Shown: one piece after another, positions 28,728-44,276 of the stretch
Layout: each line of letters opens with the position of its first letter
How positions within the stretch are numbered: the first letter of the stretch is position 1
Assembly (NCBI RefSeq): GCF_009914755.1
Contig: NC_060931.1
Reading direction: 5' to 3' (one strand)
DNA: 64,000 bases
Origin: the human T2T-CHM13v2.0 reference genome, Homo sapiens
The notes under the pieces: generated by a model
The model's input: only the letters and a program-made list of their open reading frames with translations
What the model was told of the DNA's origin: nothing
Databases searched by the model: none
Position numbers and translations under genes: made by a program

Positions 28728-31226
28728 AATAAGAAATAAGGCAAATGGAAGCCAAAGATCAACTTTACAACTGATGAAGTGGAGGTCAGAGAATGTCTCT
28801 TGGAGCATGAGCTACATGCACTTGCCAACTCAACCCTGGAATTGGACAGACTATTCCAAATAATCACAGAAGACCCTGAACCACTGCAGGCCTCCCACGG
28901 TTCCTTAACTTGGGCTGGCTGGAAAGAAGGAGGAGCTGAGCCAAGCACGCCCAATTTTCCTTCCCAATACCTTCCAATCAGACGAAGGCATTCTGTCCCT
29001 AGAGAAAAGGGTACAGGAGGTACTGGGAGGCTGGGAGTGTCACACTTCCGTCTGGAAAGAAATAACAGGAGAAATAATCTGGAAATGAAGTTCCCACACT
29101 GGCCCACCTGAGAAATATCTCTGACCTCTGACCCACATGGTCCCGGTCAAGTACCTGTTCCTCCAGGAAGCTCCTCTCCTGGCCCCTCTATGGCCCTGCC
29201 CAAGCTGAGCAGACAGTGCTCCCATCTGTGTCTCCTCCACTAAATCTTTTGATTTACTTATTTATATTTATAATTTATATATCTGTCTCTCATCTTGTAC
29301 TCCTTGTTCTTGGATTGTAGAAGTTGTGTCTTTTACATTTTTATATCCTTCACACCTAGTGTGGTGTCTGATAAACCGTAGTTTAGTAATAGGTATTTGT
29401 TGGACAAATAGGTGGACTTTGGGCCTTGATTATTCAGCCTTCAAGAGAGCAGGGACTACATCTACCCTGTTCACTACTGAGTCTACCTTCTTCCCGCACA
29501 TTGCATAGCACCTGGTGTGGGATGTCCTGAACAGTGATGACTGGGTGAAAGGACGCATAGACATCCTCACTACACTAGAAACCCCACAAACACAGGGAGC
29601 TTGTCACTTCCTCCTCCTGCATTGCATTCTTATTGCCCGGAGCTGCGGAGGATTCATTAGGGTACGGACTCGATAAAGAATTGTTCAATGAATGAACAGC
29701 TCTTATTGAATCCTCCAGTTTCCTTCCCTTGCTCAGACAGAAAATGTGAAGGCTAAGACCTATTGTTTTGAGGTTTAGTTGAAGACATACAGTAACTGAC
29801 AAAGTATTGCCCTTGTTTGTTGTAAGGAAATTTGACTGCGTTTCTACCTCTTTTCATGACCATTGAGTCACCAGCTAATGGAAAGATATGGCTATAGAGC
29901 CCTGAAATAGCCAACTGGGAGAGTGAAAATTTTTTTCCCCACAGTTCAAGTTCCTGGAACGTGTTGGCCAGTCTGCATTCCTGTCTAGATCCTCCTTGCT
30001 ATGATGTGGGACCCCCCCACTCCTTGCATAGTCATCCTATAGAGACTGAAGCATCTTAATTTGCAATTCTCCAGATGTAGTAGAGAATAACATTTTAAAA
30101 ATTAATTGGAGGATATCTTTTTTATTCTCCAAATCTGTGAGAGGATCTTGTAGAACATGCACACAGACAATTTTTCCATGATAACAAGCATACAACCCTA
30201 ATTGCTATTATGTGGCACTGCCGTTGAGACACTGCTGTGAGGTTGGCTGCATTCAGTGTTCCCAGGGCTACTGCGAGTCTGGATTCCTCCTTCACAAATG
30301 AGGAGTGACAGTCCCAGCTCTCAATCCACTAGGATGTCCCCTTTTATCTCAAGTTGTGTCTCACACACAAACACTTAAAAATCTCATGACTAACATACTT
30401 CACTTATATTTTGAAAATAAATTATAGAATGTTCAGCAAGGGAAATTTGAGTGTAGGCATATTTCAAAATTGAACAGGGAGGAATGCCAAAATGTTTGGG
30501 GATCATTGCTTTCTGATGACCAGATCCCAGGGTCTTCAATATGCATACACAACTTTTTGACTAGAGCACTAACTACTCAGAGGTGGGAAAGAAAAGCTGC
30601 CATTGTATCTAGGCAGATCACACACCTGTGATATTACTTCACTGCTGCTTCACAAAGGCTAGGGTGGCTCATATTCTGACTTCACTCTTTCTTTCTCATT
30701 GTCACAAATTCAAATGGGCACCTGGAATTCCTCCTCCTCTTGTTCTATCCCATCATCTGCATCCAATTTTCTGTATCCAACTGTCTTGCTGAGAGCTGAA
30801 AGGCTGTAAGATTTGGCCCAAGGTATGGCAGCTTTCCTTTCACTAGCCTTTATCTGTCACTTCCAAGACTGTGTTTATTGTTTAAAGATGTGGAATACGT
30901 CTGCTGATGGCATTCCAGGAATGTATGTGGGCCATATAATGAAGTGGCCCAGTGATTCAGTAGGTGGAGGTGGAGCCTGAGAACTGGTACTCCAGAAACA
31001 ATCCCTGGGTGACTCAATGCCCAGCCATGCTTGGGGATGCTGACCTAGTGAATCCAGGACTTGATTGGATTCTTGCAGACAACGCTGATAGGTGCTTCAA
31101 GACATTTTTTTCTTGTTGTTCTTTCTTTATACTTCAATGTAAGGTCTTTGAACTTACTGGGCTCCTCCTCTCCTTCCTAATGTTAAATGGATCCCAGTTC
31201 TTTATCATCTTTTCCTTACAGTTCTT

Positions 31227-33134
<1,908 letters not shown>

Positions 33135-33419
33135 CTTAGAGTTCTTACATACAGTAGTACTGCCTTTTCCAAACTCTGGCAAGAAATAAGAACTAAGGTT
33201 CCTGAGTTGGCATCTTAGTGGTTCTTGCTACATTGCAAAAGTCATCTCTGGAAACTAGCAGGTGATTCTGTAGGGGATTCTCCCAGGAATTCTCACCTTT
33301 TTGGTGTGATAGGATTTGCCATGACATAATACAGTTCAGAAGTTGGGGTTCAGGCATTGCAGAGCCTGAATTCTCTGATCTTCTCACACATTTGTGCTAC
33401 CACAGATATCTTCCAGATT

Positions 33420-33632
33420 AGTGGCTTTCCAACTTTTTTGACATCATACCGTGTGTGTGTGAGTGTGTGTGTGAGTGTGTGTGTGTCTAAAGCAAAGTTT
33501 TAGACGAACTTTGCTTTTACTACATGTAAGAGACTCTTTTCTATTGTATTAAAAAATATATTGATAACATCCACTAGACCAAATTTGTATCACAACATGC
33601 TACTGGGATTGAACCTTCACTTTGAAAAACAT
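33420..33632. mobile_element. hAT-Charlie-type MITE with internal imperfect (TG)n at 33452-33486
   Basis: Ends agtggctttccaac / tttgaaaaacattg resemble Charlie terminal repeats. Confidence 0.45.
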
Positions 33633-34607
33633 TGTTGCTTACATTGTTCAGATTTAGCAGGGGTTAATGTGCATAGCACATTAGTAACAGAAATAGTAGT
33701 CAGTCTTGTCGATGATGTGCTTACTTTGAATCATGATGCAAGCTAAGTATTTTTTCTATATGATTGCATTCAACCTTCACCAAATTCATATGACATAATT
33801 GTCATTATTCTTACTTGAAAGGTGAAAAATCTGAAACTTCTGATGGTTGCTCAGTGTCAATTGTTGTTGGATGTGAAGGTTCATGCTGCTTTGTCTTTCA
33901 ATTGGGTTTATTTTCTAAGTAAAACAGAGCTGTATCCCTAAGTAGAATCTATGAATCAAGAATTTAATGAGTGCAGGCACTGTAGGGACACAAAAATGAT
34001 TGAACATTGATGTTGCTCTCAAGGAGCATACAAGCTAGTTATCTCAATAAGCTAAATAGCAATACATGTTCTAAATAAGATTTTTAAATGTCACATAATT
34101 TAGGCACCAAAAATTTAGTTGACAATTGTGTGGTTGAAACAACAGGGCTGTGGTTTCAGAGCAACATGATGCCATTGTAGGCTGGAGGGATCAGGGCGGC
34201 TTCATGTAGGAGGTGACCTTGAAGCACATGGGAATTTCAGAAGTTGAAGGAGAGAAAAGCGACCATCTCTAACAGATGGTGCACTGCAAGACGTGAAGGC
34301 AGACAGACGTGCAGTAAACAGGTCCAGCCTTACGGGTGTGGATCTGTAGAATAGAGGCCATCAAACATCGCTCTTCAAACCCTACCAGAGAACTGTGGTT
34401 ATTTGAGCCTTTTTTACTAGTGACTTCATGACTGGTATGCCTGGAACACCTGTCAATGAGATCCCTGTAAAGATGGTGTTAAAGATGGTCACTGAGATTG
34501 CTAAGATTCCTGGTATTTCTCAAATTATGGATGACTTAACATCAAAGCCCCCAGGAACTACTGAGTGGGAGTAATAAAATTCTTGTTCTATTTAAAAAAA
34601 AAAAAAA

Positions 34608-34845
34608 GCTGGGTGTGGTGGCTCATGCCTGTAATCCCAGCACTTTGGGAGGCCGAGGTAGAATGGATTGCTTGAGCCCAGGAATTCGAGACCAACCTGG
34701 ACAACATAGTGAGACCTCATCTTTAGGGAAAAAATAAAAAAATGAGATGGGAGGATCGCTGCAATGAGCCATAATTGCACCAGTGCACTTCTGCCTGGGT
34801 GACAGTGTCAGACCCTCTCTCAACAAAGGAAAAGAAAAAGAAAAA
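34608..34845 (+). mobile_element. AluJ-like element with internal deletion
   Basis: gctgggtgtggtggctcatgcctgtaatcccagc...ggattgcttgagcccaggaattcgag plus partial right arm. Confidence 0.85.
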
Positions 34846-35027
34846 ATGATCATAAGATTTCTCCTCAGAGACACCTCCAGAGCTAGGGCAGGTAGGGTAG
34901 GGGGTCTTGGTTCCTGGCCCTCCACACCTGTGTTCACCAGGAGCAGAAACGTTTCCATGTGTATACTGACTCCTAAGATATCCTTTGAATAAAGCATACA
35001 TACTGCTGCTTAAAAAAAAAATAAGTT

Positions 35028-35375
<348 letters not shown>

Positions 35376-35689
35376 TTAGAGAAGTGGGCTGGGGATCCCT
35401 ACACAGGCCTTCAGTGCCAACTAAGGGTCTATGAAATGTTGAGAGTGAAAGTATGAGAAGCCAGCTTTGGCCAGTTACGTCCATTATCTCTGTACCTATA
35501 GACAGTGGAATGACTTTGGTAATTCTCAGTTTCTGGTAAAATAAAGATCATGGGAAGTGTTACTTCGTGATTATGTTCTTAGGACCAAATATGGTGAATG
35601 TGTGAAAAGGACTTTATAAATTCTAAAGTGTTACATATAATGTCAATAATTGTCTATAGTTTTAATAGAGAGGATTTAGATAAATAAAA

Positions 35690-36360
35690 ATTAAAATGCA
35701 TTTTATCACTTATTGGATAGACAATGAGAACCATGAAAGGTGTTTCTGTAAGGGACTGGTGTGTTGCAGTATTTTAGGAAGATTAATTTGGCATTGGGAA
35801 GTGGGCTGGTTGTAGGGAAGGTGGTGCAGGGGACATTAGTTGGAGACCAGGATATTTGTCCAGGTGTGAAGTGAGAAGAAGAAATCAACAGAACCTGGAG
35901 ACTAACTTGAAAGGGGACAGCCAGAAAGAGAAGGAAATAGGAGAAATATTTAATATCACTTTTTTTGCAAAGTGTTTTTCATATTCCCAATCTCATTTAA
36001 TCAAAGAAGGCTCAGTGAGTTTACTCACAAGAAGCTACAGGAATGTTCTGGAAGGGGCTGGCAGGAGGGGCCGTGTTTTGGAGAGGGCTTCATTCTAGAC
36101 ACAGTGAATTTTAAGAGTGAGTGGGATATCCAAGTGAAGATATTTGGTGGGCTGCAGCACAGCTTGGGAAGTCCTCATGTAGACGGGACAGGAGGTGGGA
36201 AGTGGGATCATTGATGCAGTGGAGAGAGGTGCAGAGGCCTAAGCGCTGGTGAAGAGTTGAAGAAGAGTGAACAAGGGTAAGGAGAGCTGCAATAGCTTGA
36301 GAGGGCTGGGGCACCTGGAAAGCAAAGAGAGTAAGAATTGAAGGAGAGTCATTGGACTTA
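35690..36360 (-). mobile_element. Degraded L2 fragments
   Basis: gtattttaggaagattaatttggc, tgggatatccaagtgaagatat. Confidence 0.45.
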
Positions 36361-37898
36361 AGTAACTTGTTTTACTTCTTATGATCTTTATTTGACTGGA
36401 AATTGAGAATGGGTAGTTGCGTCACTTGTCCAAGGGCACAGGCTAATGTGTATTGGTGGACAAAGCTGGGTCCTCGAACTTACGGCCTGCAGTGATCTTC
36501 CATAGCTGCTTAGTTGGCACTCAGGGCCTTCTGTCATGAGATTTCCAGCCCACTTTTCCAATCTGATATCCTAGTTCTTTTTATTAATGTTTTTCAACAC
36601 CTTTAAAAAAAAAAAGCACCCACCAGTATTCTTTGTCCGAATGATATCATAGAAGTTAGAGTAAGTTACAACATTCAGTCTCAACTGGGTGATACCACAG
36701 AAGAAGATCAAAGAGGAGATCAAAGAGAGAAGGCACTGAAGAAGTTGAGGTATTCTGTGTCAGGTATTTATTGAGAACTTTGGGAAAGAAAAAGAATGAG
36801 AGGTTAGTTGGGGCTTTAGGATGAATAAAGGCGTTTGTTGTTTTATTTTGGTTCTCCAATTAGCTCCATCTTTGCCTTGGTTAGAGCATCATGTGATATA
36901 CTCTAGCATGAGAGGACAGATTGTAGACCCTCTCTTCCTATGTCCCTGGTATAGAGCTGCTCAGGAGAAGAACTTGAACTTTCTCCTAATTTGGATTTTC
37001 ATTGAGTACCTGATGAAGAAATAGGACCCCTGTGGAAGAGGGAGGATATCCCATAAATAGGGAAGGTATCAGAATACATGAGGACATTCAGAAACAGGCC
37101 TGAGGGGAGCCATGTTGCAATTGCTCTGAGTATCGAATGACGCTACACTTGAACCTACCCTGACCCAGCACCTGGGAGTGGCTGAGTGCCCTGGAACCAA
37201 GAGGGCTGGGTGGTTAAAGCAAGAGAATTTTACCAGCAGGAGCTTGGGCACTCTGCCTGCTCTGTAAAATAAGAACATGCTTTTCCTTATTGGTCAGAGA
37301 ACCAGAGATAGGTGATGAGAGCCAGAGAGAGCAGTTTCAAAGTGGGGTACAAATGCCCAAAAAGATGATTGAGGTTAAAGGTGGGTCAGTGCCATCAGAT
37401 GGGCTGCTGGACTAGATCACCAGCCACAGAATGTTTCATTGGAGGTGGCATCAACAGGGGCAATCTGGGCATGGGGAATATGACCAAGAAAAGGCACAGG
37501 TAGAAATAGGAATGGGAGATGAAAGCAGGTCCCTTCATACCTTTAAAACACAGACAGCGAGAGGCCTGAGGTCATGCATTTTGCAGGTGAGAGAGAGACT
37601 GAACTTAAGGACAAACCTTACCTAGCATCTGCAAGCAAGGGACGCCTAAGAGACATTCATAACACAAATGTATATGGTCAAAGAGGTAATAGAAACAAAA
37701 AGAGAATGCTTGGGAAAAGTACAAGGTACCAGACAGGCGAGGAAGGAATTGGGTGGACAGTAGAGTTCAAGGCATGGCTAGGTGCCTAACTAACATCCAT
37801 TTTCTCTTTTATTCTTACTGATAGGACCTGATTTTATTCCAGGTGGCAATATACTTTGTTAAAAAGGATATATTTCCCTGCTTCTCTTAAATCTATAA

Positions 37899-38300
<402 letters not shown>

Positions 38301-39649
38301 ACCTTTTTTCTTCTTAATTGGAATGAAGATGCAATGTCTAGAACTCCAGCAGCCATCTTGGGCCAGGAGGTGAATAAGAATGGAAACCTCACACTAAAGA
38401 TAGTGGAGTAGAAAGGCAGAAGGAGCCTAGGCCCCTGGTGCCCCGGCACAACCATATCAGTCCTGGACTACCTCCCATGACTTCTGTATATGAGAAAGAA
38501 ATATATCTTTATTTTGTTGAGGGCACTCACTGACATAGATATAGACATATATCCTGACAGATAAAAGATATAGATCATATATATATACACACATACACAC
38601 ATATATGTAAAACCTAATCCTAATAAAGGAAAAAACAAAATTGTGTGAAGGCAAATATAAGATTCACATAATTCAGCTCAAAAGAAGAGATGTCTAATCA
38701 ATATGGAAGACAATAATGGTTTAAAGCGTTCAGAAGAGAGAAAGATTTTTCATGCTGGGAGGTGAGGGAATCATGAAGTCAGAATGAGAGCAAGGATTTC
38801 AACCCAAACCTATCCAACCCCAAGCCTTCCATGTTCTTTATACTATACTATTTTCCCTTCTACTGGAGTGCTATCTTAAAAAGATTTTGCAGTGCATGGC
38901 CTCTGTGATGTTGGTGTTTGAATGAACAAGTCGTATGATTTCTTAGGATTGCAATCAAGAGAGAACAGGAAGAGCTCTACTGGGAAAGCAAACTGACAGC
39001 CAGCCAGGGTGGTGTGTAAAGGGCGGGTCCCATGCCAGGGGTTATCAGGGGCATCTGAAGGAGGACTAAGCGCGAGGATCACCCAACACCCCATCACACA
39101 CAACCACACTATCCCCCATGGCAAGCGTTACCGAAGAAGGGAGCATCCATTGCATTTTTGCATCCAAGTTTTTGAAGAAATTTCATATTCTCAGGGATCT
39201 GTGCCCGAAAACCCGGCTCTTTTGCTTGAGTTCCTTATGGACAAAGCTCTGAGGTCAGAAGCTCCTGGAGGTTTGCTTCTTCCTCACTCAGCCAGCTGCT
39301 TTTCTTCCTAGCTCTCCCACATTGCCAGAGGGGGGCGGGAGGATACATCTCCTGTTGCAATCTCTCGTTCCAATATGAATTTGTGACCCCGGAAAGACTG
39401 TGCGGGTTTCAAAAGCTGTCTGAACCAAGATTCTGAGCAGGTGCGAGGCTGTTCTCAGTCGGGCAGCGGGTCACCTTGGAGCAAGGATCAAGGGAGAAAG
39501 ATGGGGGCGGGGGGTGGGGGAAGCCACACCTATTCTGCTAGTGATTTAACAGGATCGCTTAAAAAAATAAGCCAAAAAGGCCAGATTCTTCCATTTCCAG
39601 ATGCTTCTTCACTTTCTTTCTGTTTGCTCGGACAGGGTGAGCAATGGCC

Positions 39650-40830
39650 GGGCTCTTAGTGTCTGAGGGGCCTTAAAGAGGCCTGGCAGTCCCGGACACA
39701 GTGCCAGGGAAAGCAGGTTTTGTGCGCATATGGGAGGAAGCAAGCGCGAGTCACTCCGGTGCAGAGAGACAGGTAGAGGGGACAGACGGCTGTCTAGTTT
39801 GGGCAAATTTCCCTCTACCTGGGGCGTGGGGGCGCAGTTCCTCCTCTCTTTCGGGCCTTTTCCCCCGCCCTCTGGGGTTTGAATGAACAGGTGCTAACAC
39901 ACCAGCTTAGAAGGGCGCGTTCAGCACCCGCGCCAGCAGCTGCTCGGCACCTTTGCCCCTCGGTGGCGGCTGCCTTGCGCACCAAAGGCCCAGGGGCGTA
40001 AAACTGGAGGCGTAGAGGGAGAGGGAGACGCTGTCCTTTGCAGAATGGGGCGCGGGCCTCGCAGCCTCGGCTCAGGAAGTCCCGCCAGCCGTGGGAGGAG
40101 CAGGGCAGGGTCAGCTCTCGGCTGCACTTGGGCAAGAGATAGCTGGAGCTATCGCCGCCTGCGCCGCGTCCCTGCTTGTGGCACAAGGGGCGGGTGAAGG
40201 GGCAACCCCCTTTCTCCCTCTCCGAGCGAGTGCGGGGCAGAGCCTCCAGGCCCGCGCGCGGCGGTGCGCTCGCCGCTCTCCATGCCACCCAGCCCCTTTC
40301 TTGGGCAGGCCAGGTCAGTGTGGGCGCCGCGGCCCGGGTTCGCAGGGCGCAGTCCCCCGGCCCCCAGGGCGCCCACTGCGGGCGGGACACGGGCAGTGCA
40401 GCCTGTGCCCGGGCGGCCACCGAGGCGACGCAACGCCGCCAGCAACCTCTCCCCGCGCCGCCCGCCAGGCCCCGTCGGGCCTGCGCCGGCTCTGGCGGTG
40501 CCCACAAAGTCCCCGAGGGGCAGCGTTGGCCAGGCCTACCCAAGACCTGCCCCGTCCCGCCACCACTGCACCCACTTTCTGCTGCCCTCATCGGTCTGCG
40601 CAGCTGTCCCCGCTCCTCCCCCTGAGGCAAAACTGCACCAGAAGGCATCTTGGCGAGGTCATTGCCACCCCGCCCATGATTGTAGAAGAGACTCAATCCT
40701 GTTTAAGAGGTTTAGCTCCCCAAGCGCTATTAAAAATAAGTTTTTGGTGGCCTTTGTAAGGAAACTTTTAATCACACAGAATTTAGCCTCTGATCGGCCA
40801 GACATTTAACCGGCGCAGAGTAAAACCTTC
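39650..40830. promoter_or_regulatory. CpG island downstream of NEUROD6
   Basis: Abrupt GC-rich block dense in CpG (gcccgcgcgcggcggtgcgctcgccg, gggcgccgcggcccggg) within otherwise CpG-depleted, AT-rich DNA. Confidence 0.9.
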
Positions 40831-41149
40831 CATTTTTAACATCCACTCTGGTGTTTGTTGGAAATTTGCCACCGATTTTAGGCTCGAGCTGAAGGTTACC
40901 AGGATTTATCATTGTTTCCCCAGGATGTTTAACCCTCATGGGCTCCTCTTCTTTCATTTAAGACACTTGAAAAAAAAATTCTTGTAAGCGCTTTGGCCAT
41001 TCTGTTTAAGAAATTTGTTTTAGCTCCTACGGTTTTGTAATCCAGAAATATTTCTGAAATGAGGAGTGGGGAGTATTGGAGACAGAAAGCAGCTGTGTGC
41101 CAGGAAATAATAAGTAGCATGCAAAAATATCACAGCTAGTAGATGTCCT

Positions 41150-41938
41150 TTACGAGTGGAAATATCTATATTTAATTGCCTTAAAAATGTGGGGTGGAAA
41201 AACACAATTATACATTGTGATAACAAACCTGTACAGTTAATTTCTGAATAATACAAAACAAGTGCTGAAATTTTTTTCTTGATGATTGAGATAATTGTCC
41301 CCGAATTATGACATCAGCTACCCAAATATCATGTTGCCCCATCTGCAAATACTTGAAGAGGAATAGTTACCAATTGAATGCATTTAGATTCATCCTTAAT
41401 AAAAAGAAAATTGCATAGCTTTTTATATTGTTGCAAATTCATCTCCCAATATCATTGTCAGCTTAGTGATATTCTCCATATTTTAAAATTTCAATTTTTA
41501 AAAGATACATAATATATAATTCCTAATAATTATAAACACATCATTTTACTCATCTGGTTTTAATAACATGCATTTTATAATTACTGTACAACCAAAATAG
41601 ACATTGAATTATGCTGTGTGCATGTCTTTATTCAACAGTATATTCTTAGACACCTTGTTCAAACAAATTAAATAAGTTTAAAAGAAAATTAAAAAGAAAA
41701 AAATCTTTCCAGTAGAAACAGAATCACAGTGCTTCACAGACAAAAGGAAAGGAAAAGAAGTTCTCATACGAAAAGAGATTTATTATTACATAGAAAATTC
41801 TCACAATAGTTGAAACACACTTCAGAAACTAGTAAACACCTTAGATAGAGTTGTGCCAATTACTCAGCCCACAAGCATCTGCTTTGTCTTAATTAGACAG
41901 GGGAGGTGAATGACCACTGTTTATTTTCATTTTCCTCA
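41150..41938 (-). other. NEUROD6: NEUROD6 3'UTR (AU-rich; distal end approximate)
   Basis: AT-rich, repeat-free sequence after the stop; minus-strand AATAAA at 41920-41925, 41779-41784, 41627-41632 and ATTAAA at 41171-41176. Confidence 0.7.
41171..41176 (-). terminator. Candidate distal polyadenylation signal ATTAAA of NEUROD6
   Basis: Plus-strand tttaat at 41171-41176 near the end of the AU-rich block, before the sequence turns GC-rich. Confidence 0.55.
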
Positions 41939-42952
41939 TTAATTATGAAAAACTGCATTTAATTCATCTTGCATTGTGAGAGATTGGCTGCGCAGATGTA
42001 AGTCGTAAGGGAAGTGGCTGTCGGTGGGCAACCTGAACATGGCACCCTGCCCAAGGGGACCCCTGGGTGGCACTGCACAGTAATGCATGCCGTAATTGTA
42101 ATTTTTACCATAGTCCAAGGTTTCTTCTTGCTTCAGGGAAAATATCCCATTATAGTTAATTGGGGGAGGACTTAAGGGACCTTCAAACTGAGGGCTGGCA
42201 CACTCAGGGGAAGTACTTTCATAGAAGGATTCATACGCACTGCAATAATTGTAGGGTTTCATGGACTTGGAATTATCAAGAGTCCCATGCCCTGGGGGAG
42301 TGGTGAGCTCAGGGCTGTGGTAGGGTGGGTAGAAGGTAGAGTAGGGTGACCTTGTGTGGTGTGCAGCCTCCCCACCCTGACCCATCAGGAAACTCCTGGC
42401 GTTGAGCTGCAAGCAGCCTGCCACCAAGTTTGTAGTTGGCTGGGAAAGACCTTTGCATAAGTTTTGGACGAATGTGAGCAGATCTGGTCTCTTGCCGATT
42501 CTCAGAATTTCAGAAAGTGCCCAGATGTAGTTTTTGGCCAGTCGTAAAGTCTCTATTTTGGACAGTTTCTGGGTTTTAGAATAACAGGGGACCACTTTTC
42601 TTAAGTTGTCCAGAGCGTCGTTGAGGCCGTGCATCCTGTTCCTCTCGCGCGCGTTCGCTTCCTGTCTCCTGAACTTGACCCTTTCCAATCGCAGCTTTGT
42701 TGTCTTTTTTTTCCTAAGACCCCTCCTTCTAGGCAACCCATTTTCATCTTCCTCTTCCCTGTCTTCCTCCTCTTCTTCTTTCTCGGTTTCTTCTCCAGGG
42801 GCCCTTTTGATGCTCTTTCCTCGAAGGACAATCTGTTTGGAAAAGCTTTCTGGCTTCTTAATTTGCTTCTGGTCCTCGCATTCTCTAGAAAACTTTCTGC
42901 ACATCTGGGATTCTGGCATTACAACAGACTCATCAAACGGTAGTGTTAACAT
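41939..42952 (-). CDS. NEUROD6: Neurogenic differentiation factor 6 (NeuroD-family bHLH transcription factor), 337 aa, whole CDS in exon 2
   Basis: [19 protein letters not shown]... has an acidic Glu tract, basic [14 protein letters not shown] segment, atonal/NeuroD bHLH ([56 protein letters not shown]), NeuroD box ([20 protein letters not shown]) and C-terminus [10 protein letters not shown]; start context AGAACC-ATG. Confidence 0.99.
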   Translation of the reverse strand: MLTLPFDESVVMPESQMCRKFSRECEDQKQIKKPESFSKQIVLRGKSIKRAPGEETEKEEEEEDREEEDENGLPRRRGLRKKKTTKLRLERVKFRRQEANARERNRMHGLNDALDNLRKVVPCYSKTQKLSKIETLRLAKNYIWALSEILRIGKRPDLLTFVQNLCKGLSQPTTNLVAGCLQLNARSFLMGQGGEAAHHTRSPYSTFYPPYHSPELTTPPGHGTLDNSKSMKPYNYCSAYESFYESTSPECASPQFEGPLSPPPINYNGIFSLKQEETLDYGKNYNYGMHYCAVPPRGPLGQGAMFRLPTDSHFPYDLHLRSQSLTMQDELNAVFHN

Positions 42953-42973
42953 GGTTCTCTAATCTTAAATTAC

Positions 42974-44276
42974 CTGAAAAAATGCCAGCACAATATTTAA
43001 AGAGTTTTCATTTTTAAAGTTTATACACTTAAAACATATTTAATTATTTAATCATAAGATTACAAAAACACGTGAAAAAGACTGATTCTGGGCCTGATTT
43101 TTTAACATTAAATATAATTTTGAGTTTGTGAAGATAAGTAATTATGAAGACATTGATGCATTCAATAGGATTATTTATATGAGCAAATTATCAAAAGAAA
43201 ATAAAAATGAAACATATAATTATTGTGATATCATTACCATCTACATTTCTCTTTGCCTTTAAACTGGATTTTAATACCCCCAAAAAAGATTGTGGAATTC
43301 AAGCAAATGCAAAACATGAAATTGCAATGCAGAATTTCATTAATTCCAATTCCCCTGAGCACAAAATGAGAAGATAAACCAGTTTTTAAAATGGACTATC
43401 TCTCCATTAGCTGACAAATTTGTGTTCTTTTTTTAAAACAAACAAACAAACAAACAAAACCTTAACTTTATTTGCTGTATCACACAACTGTGAATTTAGA
43501 TAAGTGGGTGTGGGAATATACAAATTTAAAGAAAAGATTATAATCAGAGTCAATTTTTCAACTGATTTTTTCTGATCAGTAAAGAATTATGTAAAAGGGC
43601 ACTATTTTCCCAGGCTTCAAAAAGAAAAGGGGATTAGGCTAATTTGGAATAAACTCTATAAATAAATTTAAAACATAAAAATCACTAGCAATTTCTTTTA
43701 ATTAAAAAAAATAGAGACTGATTTTATTTACATTTAAATTTTTTCCAAATAGAATTGTCTGTTTACTGCTGTTCAAATCATCCTGGACAAAAACCACTCT
43801 CGTAGTGTTTTTGTTCTACGAGCCATAGAAGTCTCCCTCTAGCTAATATCTGACAGGAACGGTCCAAGGATTCTGACTGCAATTGTGCACGTGTGTTCAG
43901 AATCCCAAATGAAAGGGGAAAATAATTTGTGTTTCAAATGCATTTTGGTTTTTGTCTGGTGAAGCAGCAAGTATTTTCATCTAAAGTCTTCAAACAAATA
44001 GGCACATTAAAGCAGAGACTTTTCAATTTAACAATCTCCAGCCCCCTCAACACACACATATACACACGAACACATACACAAACTCTTAGTAATGTCCACA
44101 TACTTGCAGTGTTACATAATAGCAGTGAAAGTATGTGATAATTACATCATAAGAATGAAATATGATAAGTTATAGATGGCAAAGAGCATATAAATACTAT
44201 AAGACAGTGACACTGTATCTTTAAATACTTGCATGCAAAGCCAGCATCAATTGAAGTATATCTTTATTTATATTAC
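42974..44276 (-). other. NEUROD6: NEUROD6 5'UTR intron (1303 bp, GT-AG)
   Basis: Donor GTAATA at 44276-44271; acceptor GCATTTTTTCAG ending at 42974, with 21 exonic nt (42973-42953) before the ATG. Confidence 0.85.

Noticed and set aside
39954-39966. CTCF-like CCACCGAGGGGCA on the minus strand in the CpG island
   Set aside because: Two mismatches at core AG positions in GC-rich DNA where such matches are common; needs ChIP data
39815-40809. Long overlapping ORFs of 293, 222, 181 and 149 aa on both strands
   Set aside because: All lie in the CpG island where stops are rare; Ala/Gly/Arg/Pro-rich low-complexity products with no recognisable domain; several frames open at once
42601-42962. Alternate-frame and antisense ORFs over the NEUROD6 5' CDS
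   Set aside because: Shadows of the purine-rich Glu/Lys codons of the real CDS
43656-43665. MEF2 consensus CTATAAATAA in the NEUROD6 intron
   Set aside because: Very AT-rich context makes a chance match likely
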